Made by a program: the position numbers and the translations under genes
In this document: one piece after another, positions 9,719 to 19,252 of the stretch
How the letters are laid out: each line of letters begins with the position of its first letter
Numbering within the stretch: the stretch's first letter is position 1
IMG/VR virus record: IMGVR_UViG_3300042908_001001
Coordinates: 12,534 to 76,533 of that record
Direction: 5' to 3' (one strand)
DNA: 64,000 bases
DNA from: a virus
Notes under the pieces: model-generated
Database searches by the model: none
What the model saw: the letters and a program-made list of their open reading frames with translations, nothing else
What the model was told of the DNA's origin: nothing

Positions 9719-10597
9719 TTATTTTTTCTTGTATTTTTCGTCAATAATACAAGGGACTGCATTACTCCATATTGGGAAATGATGTAGTCTTTTGTGTGTT
9801 ACTCCCATCATACGAATACACACAAAAGACGGAGAACAAATAAGAGTATAAAAGCTCTTAACATACGTTCCAGACATCTTATATAAATCCGACATTCCCC
9901 CTTCCGACTCCTGAGTAGTTGCCTGATTAATAGATATTAGTGGGATTGTCAAAAATACATTACCCACAGAACCCAGTCTAGTATAGGTATTTACGTCTTC
10001 ATTTATCCTGCCAAAAAACTTAAATGGGCGTTTTGTTGAGCAAATAAAACTGTTCATACACTTTCTTTTTATAAATGGATATTTCCCGTTTTTATACCCA
10101 AAGTTATTCCCCCCACCGATAAAATCACCCCTCTGAGAAAATGCAATAGACAATACTCTATCATCAACATCAAAATAGTTAATTAAAGACAAAATAATTG
10201 AATCTATATTTTTTATTTCTCTCTGTTTAAAAACACCGTTCTCATCTTCTGTAAAAGAGAAATTACTATAGTCATCATCTAACTGCATAAAATAAGCTAT
10301 GCCTAGATTCTTTGCAATATCAAAACAGGCGTTTCTAGCATAAATAATCGCCCTTCTATCTCCAAAATTATCAAACTCGTCAAATGTTTTCGAGATAGCT
10401 AACTTGTCAAACATAATGACATTTTCTTTTCCAAAATTCTCATAATACTTATCGGCTGTTTTATCCTCATTATCTATCACAATATAAACACGCCCAGTGT
10501 ATCCACATCGTTGTAATGTGCGGCAAGTCTTTACATTATCAGGTCTTCCGTGAGTGAGGATAAAAATAGCAAAGTCTTCTAGTTTACTCATCACCAT
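9719..10597 (-). CDS. GT-A fold glycosyltransferase, GREB1-like/TET-associated (TAGT) type
   Basis: IFILTHGRPD, ARNACFDIA, MQLDDDY (DxD), F.GRINEDV, EGGM motifs. Confidence 0.75.
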   Translation of the reverse strand: MVMSKLEDFAIFILTHGRPDNVKTCRTLQRCGYTGRVYIVIDNEDKTADKYYENFGKENVIMFDKLAISKTFDEFDNFGDRRAIIYARNACFDIAKNLGIAYFMQLDDDYSNFSFTEDENGVFKQREIKNIDSIILSLINYFDVDDRVLSIAFSQRGDFIGGGNNFGYKNGKYPFIKRKCMNSFICSTKRPFKFFGRINEDVNTYTRLGSVGNVFLTIPLISINQATTQESEGGMSDLYKMSGTYVKSFYTLICSPSFVCIRMMGVTHKRLHHFPIWSNAVPCIIDEKYKKK

Positions 10598-11453
10598 AAT
10601 CCTCTAAATATTGGTTAGCAATTTCTTCTTTTAATTTGACATAACCAAGTCTCAACGCTTTGTCAAAATCAATAATAACTAAAGCAGAATCTTCCATTAG
10701 AGATTGAACTTCTTTGTTTGAATGTGCATAAAAATCCGCTATATCTTGATAATTAAAAACAATATGCCTAGTCGCACATTTTATTAAAAATTCTTTTTCT
10801 TCTTTTGTAATATTAGATTCTTGAATATCATTGATCAACTCATTGTATCTGGTGTCATTATAAAGATTTTGTATTAATGGCTTATCTTCACTCGGTTCAT
10901 ATATTGGAGCGTCTATTTTATGGGAATATTGACTATCTAAAACATTATTATTTTCTTCTTCCGTAGAACCGACTACATTATTGTTGACATTATCCCCAAT
11001 AACTTGACTACCTTGAAACTCAGTTCCATTCTCCTCATCATTATTAAACCCTGCTAACAAACCAGATAAATCATTAGAGTTAAAACCCGTAAAATCAAGA
11101 TTATAATCATTCAATTGTAATGATTCAAACTCAATCTTTAATAGTTCATTATCCCACCCTGATAATTCACCAGCACGATTATCCGCAACCCTAGCCGCTT
11201 TGACCTCAATCGGTGCTAAATCATCCCTAACAATAACAGGAACCTGTTTAAGAGCTAATTTTAGGGAAGCTAAACGTCTTCCATGCCCTTTGATAATGAC
11301 ATTTTTAGAATCGACAACAATGGGAACATCAAAACCAAATTCTGCAATCATACTAGCAAGCGTTGTTATTTGCTCATCAGAATGCGTCCTAGTATTATTC
11401 ACATAGGGAATTAAATCTTTCGGATCACGATATTCAATCTTTACTTGGGACAT
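10584..11453 (-). CDS. ParB/Srx N-terminal domain fused to a glycosyltransferase-partner domain
   Basis: LIPYVNNTRTH...EFGFDVPIVVD...GHGRRLA...RVADNR...WDNELL; C-terminal PIYEP...RHIVFNY...ALVIIDF domain. Confidence 0.8.
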   Translation of the reverse strand: MSQVKIEYRDPKDLIPYVNNTRTHSDEQITTLASMIAEFGFDVPIVVDSKNVIIKGHGRRLASLKLALKQVPVIVRDDLAPIEVKAARVADNRAGELSGWDNELLKIEFESLQLNDYNLDFTGFNSNDLSGLLAGFNNDEENGTEFQGSQVIGDNVNNNVVGSTEEENNNVLDSQYSHKIDAPIYEPSEDKPLIQNLYNDTRYNELINDIQESNITKEEKEFLIKCATRHIVFNYQDIADFYAHSNKEVQSLMEDSALVIIDFDKALRLGYVKLKEEIANQYLEDYGDE

Positions 11454-11728
11454 TGCAATAAAAGCTCCTGATATTTTTCTCTTGAATCTTGCTCAATCTT
11501 TACCCCTTTTTCGATATTAGAAGTTAGTTGAGCAAATAACTTTCCATAATCATCGGTCTTGATTTCATTATTTTTTAACTTAGTCAAAACCTTCAGACCT
11601 TCCGATTGCAAAGCCCGACCTAATTCGATTTGTTGCTTTACCGATGACATGGTTTCATCATAGAAAGCTTGTCTAACTATCAACGGCGCGATCTCCGTAG
11701 CCCTTAACTGCCTTTCTGAAATTGCCAT
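11441..11728 (-). CDS. Hypothetical protein in the packaging module
   Basis: Helical 95-aa ORF; GCTATTATT motif variant upstream. Confidence 0.55.
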   Translation of the reverse strand: MAISERQLRATEIAPLIVRQAFYDETMSSVKQQIELGRALQSEGLKVLTKLKNNEIKTDDYGKLFAQLTSNIEKGVKIEQDSREKYQELLLQCPK

Positions 11729-11768
11729 AAATGAATAAGTAGAATTGTTTTAATAATAGCACAACATT

Positions 11769-12272
11769 TTAACCCTGTAATTTCTTCGTCAATTCTTGCA
11801 TCAATTCATTTTGAGTCATTTCAGAATAATCCTTTTTCCCTCCCTCTTTTTTCTGCTCAAACTCAGTCAATAACCTGACATTGATAGTATCCATCCCTAA
11901 TAATCCCTGTAAATGCTTAGTGATAACCGTCATTTGACTGATAGCGGCTGTCTTAGCCCTCATGAAGGCTACTTTATCCTTTGGACTCTCACAGTCTTTT
12001 ATTTCATCCTTTATCGTCTTTATATCCTCACAGCAAGCTTCGTATTGACTGTTGTAACGTTCCCACAATACAAAAAACTGAGTAGCACCGTCCCCCGCGT
12101 CAGGATTAATATTTGCTTTGATATGTAAATTTAGATAGCGGTAAATTCTCCAAAGTTCATCTTCTGGCAGTCCGATGTAATCGGCGATCGCGGCGTGACT
12201 CTTGCCCTCAACGTATAGCTTCCATATTTCACCACACAGACTTAAGCTAGGCTCTACCGTAATCTCACTCAT
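11769..12272 (-). CDS. Probable terminase small subunit
   Basis: N-terminal HTH (IWKLYVEGKSHAAIADYIGL), coiled coil, C-terminal DYSEMTQNEL typical of TerS; upstream of terL on the same strand. Confidence 0.55.
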   Translation of the reverse strand: MSEITVEPSLSLCGEIWKLYVEGKSHAAIADYIGLPEDELWRIYRYLNLHIKANINPDAGDGATQFFVLWERYNSQYEACCEDIKTIKDEIKDCESPKDKVAFMRAKTAAISQMTVITKHLQGLLGMDTINVRLLTEFEQKKEGGKKDYSEMTQNELMQELTKKLQG

Positions 12273-12355
12273 AAAATAAAATGTTTTATAAATTTTGTTG
12301 ACATTTTAATAGTAACCCTGTAAAGTTAATAAAGATTCAATTTTAGAGGTATCTA

Positions 12356-12559
12356 ATGCCAAAAGTTTATAGTATCGGAACTCCTGAAAAAACATTGCTT
12401 GACAACGTTTCAGGTATTGCAAAAAACAGATTTATTGAGCAAATATCTTCCGAAGACTTCTCTATCGGCTACGCTGTATCAGTTTCCAATATGGACGGAA
12501 AAACACTGATTGTCACAGATAATCACGTTTTAGTAGTTAATCCCGTAGAGGCCGAATAA
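12356..12559 (+). CDS. Hypothetical protein
   Basis: AGAGG RBS; promoter TTGACA(12298)-17-TAAAGT. Confidence 0.6.
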   Translation: MPKVYSIGTPEKTLLDNVSGIAKNRFIEQISSEDFSIGYAVSVSNMDGKTLIVTDNHVLVVNPVEAE

Positions 12560-13690
12560 ATGTTAACAATCAATGCCAGTGTTTTATTAGAGGCAATAAA
12601 AACCGTATCCCCCGCCGTTCCATCCCGTCCTACCCATCCTATTCTAGGAAATATTATCGTAGAGACAAAAGGCAATCAAGTAACCTTAAAAGCCTTTGAC
12701 TTATCCACTGGCATTATTGTTACAATCCCCAACATTGAAGTGACAGTTGAAACCGTGATCGCATTACCCGCAAAGTTATTTGAAAGCATTGTTGGAAGCC
12801 TTGAAGGTGATGTTACTTTTGTTTTTGTCGATATTGATCCCGATAGTCAAAACAAACAAATCGGATTAAAGGATAAAGATTCATACTCAAAAATCAGCTT
12901 TTTATCTGCTGATGAGTTTCCAGAGTTGCCTGAAGTTACAGAAAACTCAATTGAGTTTGATACTGAAATCTTTAAGGCCTTAGCGAGTGCAACTCTTTAT
13001 TCCTGCTCTACCGATGAAACAAAACAAGTTTTAACGGGTGTTCATATTGATTCACAGCCCCAAAAAATTGAATTTGCTTCGACCGATGGACACCGTTTGA
13101 CTAAGGCTTCACACACTTGGGAAGAACCAAATACTAGCGAACCAGTAGCATTAACAATCCCTGCAAAATCAATTTCATCCATTCTCAAGGTAGTTGATAG
13201 TACAAAATCGTTTACCCTGTTTTTTGATGATAATCAAATCGGTATTAAAACCGATAACAAAACAATCACTACTCGCAAATTAGAAGGGGCTTACCCTGCC
13301 TATAATCAATTAGTCCCTGCACACTTTGAAAAGAAGGCAATTTTTAACACCAAGGCATTCACAAAAGCCCTTAATTTTGCTTCCCTTGCAACGGATGATA
13401 AGAATCAACTTATTGTACTTTCTTTTCGGAAGGGAAAAGACATCTGCACTATTTACGCTCAAAATCAATCGGTAGTTTCTAACCAGTCAAATTGCCCCAC
13501 TGAAGTGACTGGAATTGATGATATTTTTGAAATTGCTCTTAACTATAAGTACGCATCAGAAGCAATTAAAAACCTTAAATGTGGTGAGTTTACCTTGAAT
13601 ATGAATCTTGATATTCAACCCGTCACCATGACCCCGTTAGGCGGAGCGAATATTACCGCTTTAGTTATGCCTGTAAAAATAGTGAGATAA
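12560..13690 (+). CDS. dnaN: DNA polymerase III beta sliding clamp
   Basis: AVPSRPTHPILGN, DETKQVLTGVH, ASTDGHRL, LEGAYPAY, LVMPV; cyanobacterial-type sequence. Confidence 0.95.
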   Translation: MLTINASVLLEAIKTVSPAVPSRPTHPILGNIIVETKGNQVTLKAFDLSTGIIVTIPNIEVTVETVIALPAKLFESIVGSLEGDVTFVFVDIDPDSQNKQIGLKDKDSYSKISFLSADEFPELPEVTENSIEFDTEIFKALASATLYSCSTDETKQVLTGVHIDSQPQKIEFASTDGHRLTKASHTWEEPNTSEPVALTIPAKSISSILKVVDSTKSFTLFFDDNQIGIKTDNKTITTRKLEGAYPAYNQLVPAHFEKKAIFNTKAFTKALNFASLATDDKNQLIVLSFRKGKDICTIYAQNQSVVSNQSNCPTEVTGIDDIFEIALNYKYASEAIKNLKCGEFTLNMNLDIQPVTMTPLGGANITALVMPVKIVR

Positions 13691-13693
13691 TTT

Positions 13694-14266
13694 ATGATTT
13701 TACCTGATTGGATGATTACAAGTTTATGCAAAGGTTTTATCCCCTTTGCAATAATGGAATATTGCGAAAATATTGGGTATAGCACGGGCAAAAGCTTGGA
13801 AAAGCCAATGGTGACACCGTTTGATCCTGAATTAGTTAATCCTGCTTCCCTAGATATTCGGGTTGGCAATACGGCTAAATTAAGGACTCAAAAAGGGTAC
13901 AAAGATATTGATTTGTCCAAGTATTCAAAAGAATCACCCTACGCATTAAAACAGAGCGATCGCGTCTTGATTGACTCCCTAGAGACATTTAAGCTTCCTA
14001 ACTTTATATGCGCTCAATTCAGGCTTAAAAGCTCAAGAGGGCGCGAATGGTACGAACACATGGAAGCGGGTTTTTGTGACCCAGGATGGCACGGTTCAAA
14101 GTTGACAATGGAAATTATCAATATGGATTTAGAGCCATTACCGCTTTACACAGGGTTAAGAATGGGTCAATTAATCTTTAGTTTGATGCTTGCAATTCCC
14201 GAAAAAGATTATTCTCAAACGGGAAGATATAACAATGATGAAAAAGTACAGGAGAGTAAGGGTTGA
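13694..14266 (+). CDS. dcd: dCTP deaminase
   Basis: VNPASLDIR, LKSSRGRE, AGFCDPGWHGSKLTME, GRY. Confidence 0.9.
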   Translation: MILPDWMITSLCKGFIPFAIMEYCENIGYSTGKSLEKPMVTPFDPELVNPASLDIRVGNTAKLRTQKGYKDIDLSKYSKESPYALKQSDRVLIDSLETFKLPNFICAQFRLKSSRGREWYEHMEAGFCDPGWHGSKLTMEIINMDLEPLPLYTGLRMGQLIFSLMLAIPEKDYSQTGRYNNDEKVQESKG

Positions 14267-14268
14267 TT

Positions 14269-14424
14269 ATGATGACAGCAGATGAATGTCCAGATAAAGC
14301 TAGTCATACACCATGCCCTGAAACCTATCGTAGCTTTGTTGCATGGGCTGATAATATATCTAAAACTCATAAACAAATCAAATGTCCGACCTGTAATTTA
14401 TTTGCTATTTGGATACTAAAATGA
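14269..14424 (+). CDS. Small Cys/His-rich protein
   Basis: Hand translation MMTADECPDKASHTPCP...KCPTCNLFAIWILK; ATGA-coupled to the next gene. Confidence 0.5.
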   Translation: MMTADECPDKASHTPCPETYRSFVAWADNISKTHKQIKCPTCNLFAIWILK

Positions 14425-14792
14425 CAAATCTATCCATTCCCGAACCCCCGCCTATCCCTAATGACAATCCTAGTATTCATGATTTAGTCGTGGAGGATTT
14501 AAAAAAGGATACTTACATTGTCCTAACAAAAGATATTTTAGATCGTAAAGCTTTTGGGCTTAAAAAGTATGGAGTTCCTTTACAGCAAGGCAATAGCCGA
14601 AACCCGTTAAGAGATGCTTTTCAAGAAGTATTGGATGCGATCTGTTACATCAAACAAGAAGCAATGCAGTCTAATAGTTTGGAGTCAAAAACGCTTTATT
14701 TTAAACTGATAGATATAGCAGAAGACCTTAAGGATTTAATCGAAAATAAACCAGAACAAGGAACAAATATTTCAGTATTAGGAGATAAGTAA
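14421..14792 (+). CDS. Probable all-alpha NTP pyrophosphatase (MazG-like)
   Basis: RKAFGLKKYG...DAFQEVLDAICY (ExxD); lies between dcd and thyA. Confidence 0.55.
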   Translation: MTNLSIPEPPPIPNDNPSIHDLVVEDLKKDTYIVLTKDILDRKAFGLKKYGVPLQQGNSRNPLRDAFQEVLDAICYIKQEAMQSNSLESKTLYFKLIDIAEDLKDLIENKPEQGTNISVLGDK

Positions 14793-15616
14793 TGAACGTA
14801 AACAACGAATATCAACGCCTATTAGCTACCATCTTACATGGCGGCGATCGCGTTACAACCCGTAACCATGATTGTATTAGTGACATTGACGGGATAAAGG
14901 CAAGTTTTGATTATTTCCCATTAGTTACTCTCAGGAAAATTGCGCCGAAAAAGGCTATTCGAGAAATGGAATGGTTCATAAGTGGAGATACTAAATGCCC
15001 TGATGAATTGCTTGATTGGTGGGATGGACAACTGAATCCCGATGGGCATTATATACATGGATATGGACATCAATTAAGAAATTTTAATTATGGATTTGAT
15101 CAAATTGCCTTTGTAGCTAAAGCATTAAAAGAACACCAAAATAGTCGCAGGATTGTAACGACAACTTGGAATCCTGAAGAAATGGCAGAAATAACAGAAA
15201 TAAATCAAAATCCAAACACACCCACGACTTGTCACGGAACTGAAACTCAGTTTTTTGTAAGGAATGGCAATCTATCAATTCACACTGTTCAACGGTCAGG
15301 TGATATACTCTTAGGAGTACCCCATAATTGGGTACAGTATTGGGCTTTGCTGTTGTTTTTTGCCCATCATTCAGACTTGGGAGTAGGGAAGTTAGTTTGG
15401 ACTTTCGGGGATGCCCACATCTATGATGATCCGAGCCATTTAGATTGTGCTAATGAAATTTTAAACGGTCAATCTTCAAAGGAAAAACCAGACTTAATTT
15501 ATAAATATTCTGGGGGAGTTGATCATGTTGGATTGCCCGCTTTCAAGGCTTCTGATTTTACTATTGTCGGGACTATTCCTAAACCAGTAACCACAATTAA
15601 GCCAATATTATTTTAA
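14792..15616 (+). CDS. thyA: Thymidylate synthase family protein
   Basis: FPLVT, EMEWF, SRRI...WNP, PTTCH (catalytic Cys), QRSGDILLGVPHN (Asn indicates dUMP type), GDAHIY. Confidence 0.85.
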   Translation: MNVNNEYQRLLATILHGGDRVTTRNHDCISDIDGIKASFDYFPLVTLRKIAPKKAIREMEWFISGDTKCPDELLDWWDGQLNPDGHYIHGYGHQLRNFNYGFDQIAFVAKALKEHQNSRRIVTTTWNPEEMAEITEINQNPNTPTTCHGTETQFFVRNGNLSIHTVQRSGDILLGVPHNWVQYWALLLFFAHHSDLGVGKLVWTFGDAHIYDDPSHLDCANEILNGQSSKEKPDLIYKYSGGVDHVGLPAFKASDFTIVGTIPKPVTTIKPILF

Positions 15617-15730
15617 GAAGACTTGTTTATGGAATACCTCGTTCTAGCTATCATATTCTTTGTTGCCGCTTTTATCTACATGGAAGCTTGATCGATAAAA
15701 ACGCTATAATTATTTTAAGGAGATAAAACG

Positions 15731-15997
15731 ATGATTGAGATTGAGCAACCACAACCCCATAAAATATCTGTAAGCCTAGACTCGTTTAGCCCGTCATCAA
15801 AAAATATTGTAATGATTGATGATAAGGAGATTATAGCGAGTGAGATAACGATAAAAACTGCAATCAATAAGCCAACATCAGTTACGATTACAATGCCTTA
15901 TTGTGAAGTTCAAGCATTGATTAATTCACGATCAAATATTGCCTTGATTCCAAAAGTTAAATCAACTTTTGATAAAGTTGAAACTTGCAATCAATAA
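15731..15997 (+). CDS. Hypothetical protein
   Basis: AAGGAG RBS; 88 aa. Confidence 0.55.
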   Translation: MIEIEQPQPHKISVSLDSFSPSSKNIVMIDDKEIIASEITIKTAINKPTSVTITMPYCEVQALINSRSNIALIPKVKSTFDKVETCNQ

Positions 15998-16135
15998 AGC
16001 ATCGCCAGAATTGCGGGAATGCTTAAATCACGCAAAAAGATTTGTCTAGGCATTAATCTGAATTATTTTAAATCCTGTTATTATTAAGGTAACAGGATTT
16101 GTCTAAATAAAATGTTAACGGGCTAAGGTTTAACA

Positions 16136-17941
16136 ATGACAGAAAATATTACAATAAGACAAGGGGAAACTTACTATTTTCCACCATTTGAGATTGATGG
16201 TGACTGGACAGGAGGGGTCTGTCGTGGACAAATCAGGGATGATTATAAGTACCTTGATGGTTCAGTCTTGGCTTATTTGCAATTTGAGGCTTTAACCTAT
16301 GATCCTGCTACAGAGAAAACAACGGTAAAGCCTTATATTGATCATCAGTTCACATCGTCAATTCCGCCGCATCCCAAGTGGAAAAGGGGGAGTATTCTTT
16401 CGGAAAAAAACGCTTACTTGCTCGACATTGAAATTGAAAAAGATGGGGTAGTTACGAAAACTGATACCAACCTTGTAGAGATTATTCCAGAGGTAACAGA
16501 TAACTCAATCGTAGTTGATCCCCCGATTATTTGGGACGGAAGCATTGATCGTGTTGAATTGACAGAAGCTAATGGATTGATCAAAACTTATACGGTTTGG
16601 GGGACTCCAAACGAAACAGTCAATCTTGGAACCTTTGATGTTGCGGATGGACAAGATGGTGAGGATGGAGAAGATGGTGAGGATGGAGAAAACGGCGTAG
16701 GGGTTGAGTCGGTAACTTATAACGAGTCAACGAATACATTGACTGTTACTTTAACCGATGGAACCTTAACTGAAACGGGAAGCTTAAAGGGAGGCAAAGG
16801 AGATCAGGGTGATAGTATTGACAGCGTTGATTTGTCTGAAACAAATGGATTAATTAAAACTTATGAAATAACCAGCAACAACCAGGTTATTGGTACGTTT
16901 AATATTGCAGATGGTGCCGATGGTAATAATGCTGATTTAGATCCGTTAACGATTAAAACTCGTTACGAATCAAATGCAAACACTAACGCTTTTACTGATG
17001 CTGAAAAGACTAAACTTGCAAATTTAGAAACGACCCTTAGTGCAAAAGCTGATTTGATTGGGGGTGTAATTCCTAATAGTCAAATTCCTAGTATTGCAAT
17101 TACTGAATTTTTAGGAGAAGTTGCTAATGAATCGGCAATGCTTGCTTTAGTCGGACAAAAAGGAGATTGGGCTATTCGCGTTGATACAAGCTCAATGTGG
17201 ATTTTAACTGGCAATACTCCCTCAAGTTTGGATAATTGGTTAGATGTCCCTACGCCTTCCAGTGGGGTTGCCAGCGTTAATGGTCATCAAGGGATCGTCG
17301 TTTTAAGCTATTCAGACGTAGGGGCGGCAAGCTCGGCACAAGGCACAAAAGCTGATACAGCTTTACAGCATGGTGATATTGGAGTTTCTGTTCAATCCTA
17401 TAACGTAAATACCGTAATTGATGCGTCTTATGTTCGTACCGACAATAATTATACAAACACTGAAAAGACTAAGCTCGCAGGAATTGAGTCGGGCGCACAG
17501 GTAAACGTCCGATCTGACTGGAACGCTACTAGTGGTAATGCCCAAATATTAAACAAGCCTACTCTAGGAACGGCGGCGGCAACAGACACATCAAGTTATG
17601 CTACTGCGGCGCAGGGCGCGAAAGCTGATACGGCTTTACAACCAAAACAAAAAAATGTTGTGTCTGTTAATTCAACCGTAAACCTAACATTAAACTCAGT
17701 TTATTATCAGTTTTATACCCCGACTGTTGCATCAGTTGACGTGATTTGTCCTGCCCTAACAATCGGTGATAATTTTGAGATTGAAATCTTTAATAAGCAT
17801 GAAACAAATGCTTTGGTTATTAAAGATAGTGCATCTAATACATTAGGAACCTTAAGCCCAACGTCTATTACGGAAGATCGTAGTTGTCGTCTTTTTTGGG
17901 ACGGTGCTGATTTACATTACTTGCCTTTAGGAGGTTATTAA
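16136..17941 (+). CDS. Tail fibre / receptor-binding protein
   Basis: BppU-like N-terminus (CRGQIR...LLDIEI), GED collagen-like repeats, VASVNG, duplicated AQGxKADTALQ and TxxEKTKLA fibre motifs. Confidence 0.8.
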   Translation: MTENITIRQGETYYFPPFEIDGDWTGGVCRGQIRDDYKYLDGSVLAYLQFEALTYDPATEKTTVKPYIDHQFTSSIPPHPKWKRGSILSEKNAYLLDIEIEKDGVVTKTDTNLVEIIPEVTDNSIVVDPPIIWDGSIDRVELTEANGLIKTYTVWGTPNETVNLGTFDVADGQDGEDGEDGEDGENGVGVESVTYNESTNTLTVTLTDGTLTETGSLKGGKGDQGDSIDSVDLSETNGLIKTYEITSNNQVIGTFNIADGADGNNADLDPLTIKTRYESNANTNAFTDAEKTKLANLETTLSAKADLIGGVIPNSQIPSIAITEFLGEVANESAMLALVGQKGDWAIRVDTSSMWILTGNTPSSLDNWLDVPTPSSGVASVNGHQGIVVLSYSDVGAASSAQGTKADTALQHGDIGVSVQSYNVNTVIDASYVRTDNNYTNTEKTKLAGIESGAQVNVRSDWNATSGNAQILNKPTLGTAAATDTSSYATAAQGAKADTALQPKQKNVVSVNSTVNLTLNSVYYQFYTPTVASVDVICPALTIGDNFEIEIFNKHETNALVIKDSASNTLGTLSPTSITEDRSCRLFWDGADLHYLPLGGY

Positions 17942-17942
17942 A

Positions 17943-18941
17943 ATGGGAAATATTATTTATTCAAGACAGCAACTTGTTACGGGTTCTACTTCTATTGCTA
18001 ACATGACCCCCCAAGGGGTTAGATCAACTGATTTTACGGCTACAGCTAACTCAATTTATGACATTACGGCTAGTTGTAGAATGACCTTACCAAGTAATCC
18101 TAGTATTGGCGATAGAGTAGCTTTTATTCTTACCTCAAATGCTATTTTTGACATCACATCTACCGATAGAATTGATGGCAGAGTATTGGCAACAGATTTT
18201 GTTAGAAGAGTACAAGTAACAGGTATTTGGTTTGTTTGGACTTATTCTGGATCAACTAATGGATGGATTTGGAATAGTGTTTACACCTCAAGCATAGGTG
18301 AGGTTTATGTTGGCACAGGTGACGCTAATACTGTTTTATACCTCAAATTTGATGAAGCTACTCCAATAGATTCTTCTGTAATTCCTAAAACCTTAACGGT
18401 TGTAGGTACTTCTCAAAATACGAGTGACAAAAAGATTGGTACTTCTAGTCGTTCTTTTGCACAAAGTAACAGTTATATCACCGTAAACCACCCTGATTTG
18501 ACTTTAGGGACTGGTAATTTTACGATAGAATCGTGGGTTAAATATTCTTCATTTTCTGGTTCATCTGCTAGAGGTTTATTTATGGTTAATACTGAGGGTT
18601 TAGGTGGGCCAGGGCAATTAAATATAAATCGTCAGGCTAATATGTTTCTTCAAAGTACGGCTATCCCCGAAGTGAGTGTTAGTAATACATTTGCTCCTAT
18701 AAATACATGGCATCATTTGGCAATTACAAGGAGTGGTAACACCTTTACTATTTGGGTTAATGGGGTGGCTCGCGGCTCGACAACAAGCACGTCTAACTTA
18801 ACAGGTACATTTTGGGCAATTGGGACTTATAATACTTCAAGCTATTGTTGGGGTGGGTTAATTGATTCTTTCCGAATTACAAAGGGTATTGCGCGATATA
18901 CAGGTACGTTTAACCCAGAAACGGATACGGGGCTTACTTAG
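17943..18941 (+). CDS. LamG/ConA-like lectin-domain virion protein
   Basis: GTGNFTIESWV, WHHLAITRSG, WVNG, GLIDSFRITKGIARYT. Confidence 0.85.
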   Translation: MGNIIYSRQQLVTGSTSIANMTPQGVRSTDFTATANSIYDITASCRMTLPSNPSIGDRVAFILTSNAIFDITSTDRIDGRVLATDFVRRVQVTGIWFVWTYSGSTNGWIWNSVYTSSIGEVYVGTGDANTVLYLKFDEATPIDSSVIPKTLTVVGTSQNTSDKKIGTSSRSFAQSNSYITVNHPDLTLGTGNFTIESWVKYSSFSGSSARGLFMVNTEGLGGPGQLNINRQANMFLQSTAIPEVSVSNTFAPINTWHHLAITRSGNTFTIWVNGVARGSTTSTSNLTGTFWAIGTYNTSSYCWGGLIDSFRITKGIARYTGTFNPETDTGLT

Positions 18942-18987
18942 TAATTGATTTTGTAAGTGCCAATGGGTTTGGAGATTGTTCTTTTGC

Positions 18988-19212
18988 CTAAACCCCTTCT
19001 TTAGCATATCGTTCTAATCTTTTTTCCAACATTTGCAAATACTTACTGGGATTATCTTTCCAGTATTTTTTTTGCCTCTCGTTTCTTAATTCTTTAAATT
19101 CATCCCTACTTGCGACGCATTTTGAACAGACTCCCATTTCATAAGTAGTCTTCCCTTGTAATCTTCTATCGCAAATCTGACAAGTTTTTACTGGTATGTA
19201 TTTTTTAGTCAT
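18988..19212 (-). CDS. Small zinc-finger protein
   Basis: CQIC...CSKC followed by a basic helix. Confidence 0.5.
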   Translation of the reverse strand: MTKKYIPVKTCQICDRRLQGKTTYEMGVCSKCVASRDEFKELRNERQKKYWKDNPSKYLQMLEKRLERYAKEGV

Positions 19213-19252
19213 TGTTATTATTTAGATATGTATATTAATTAATAACAATGAG

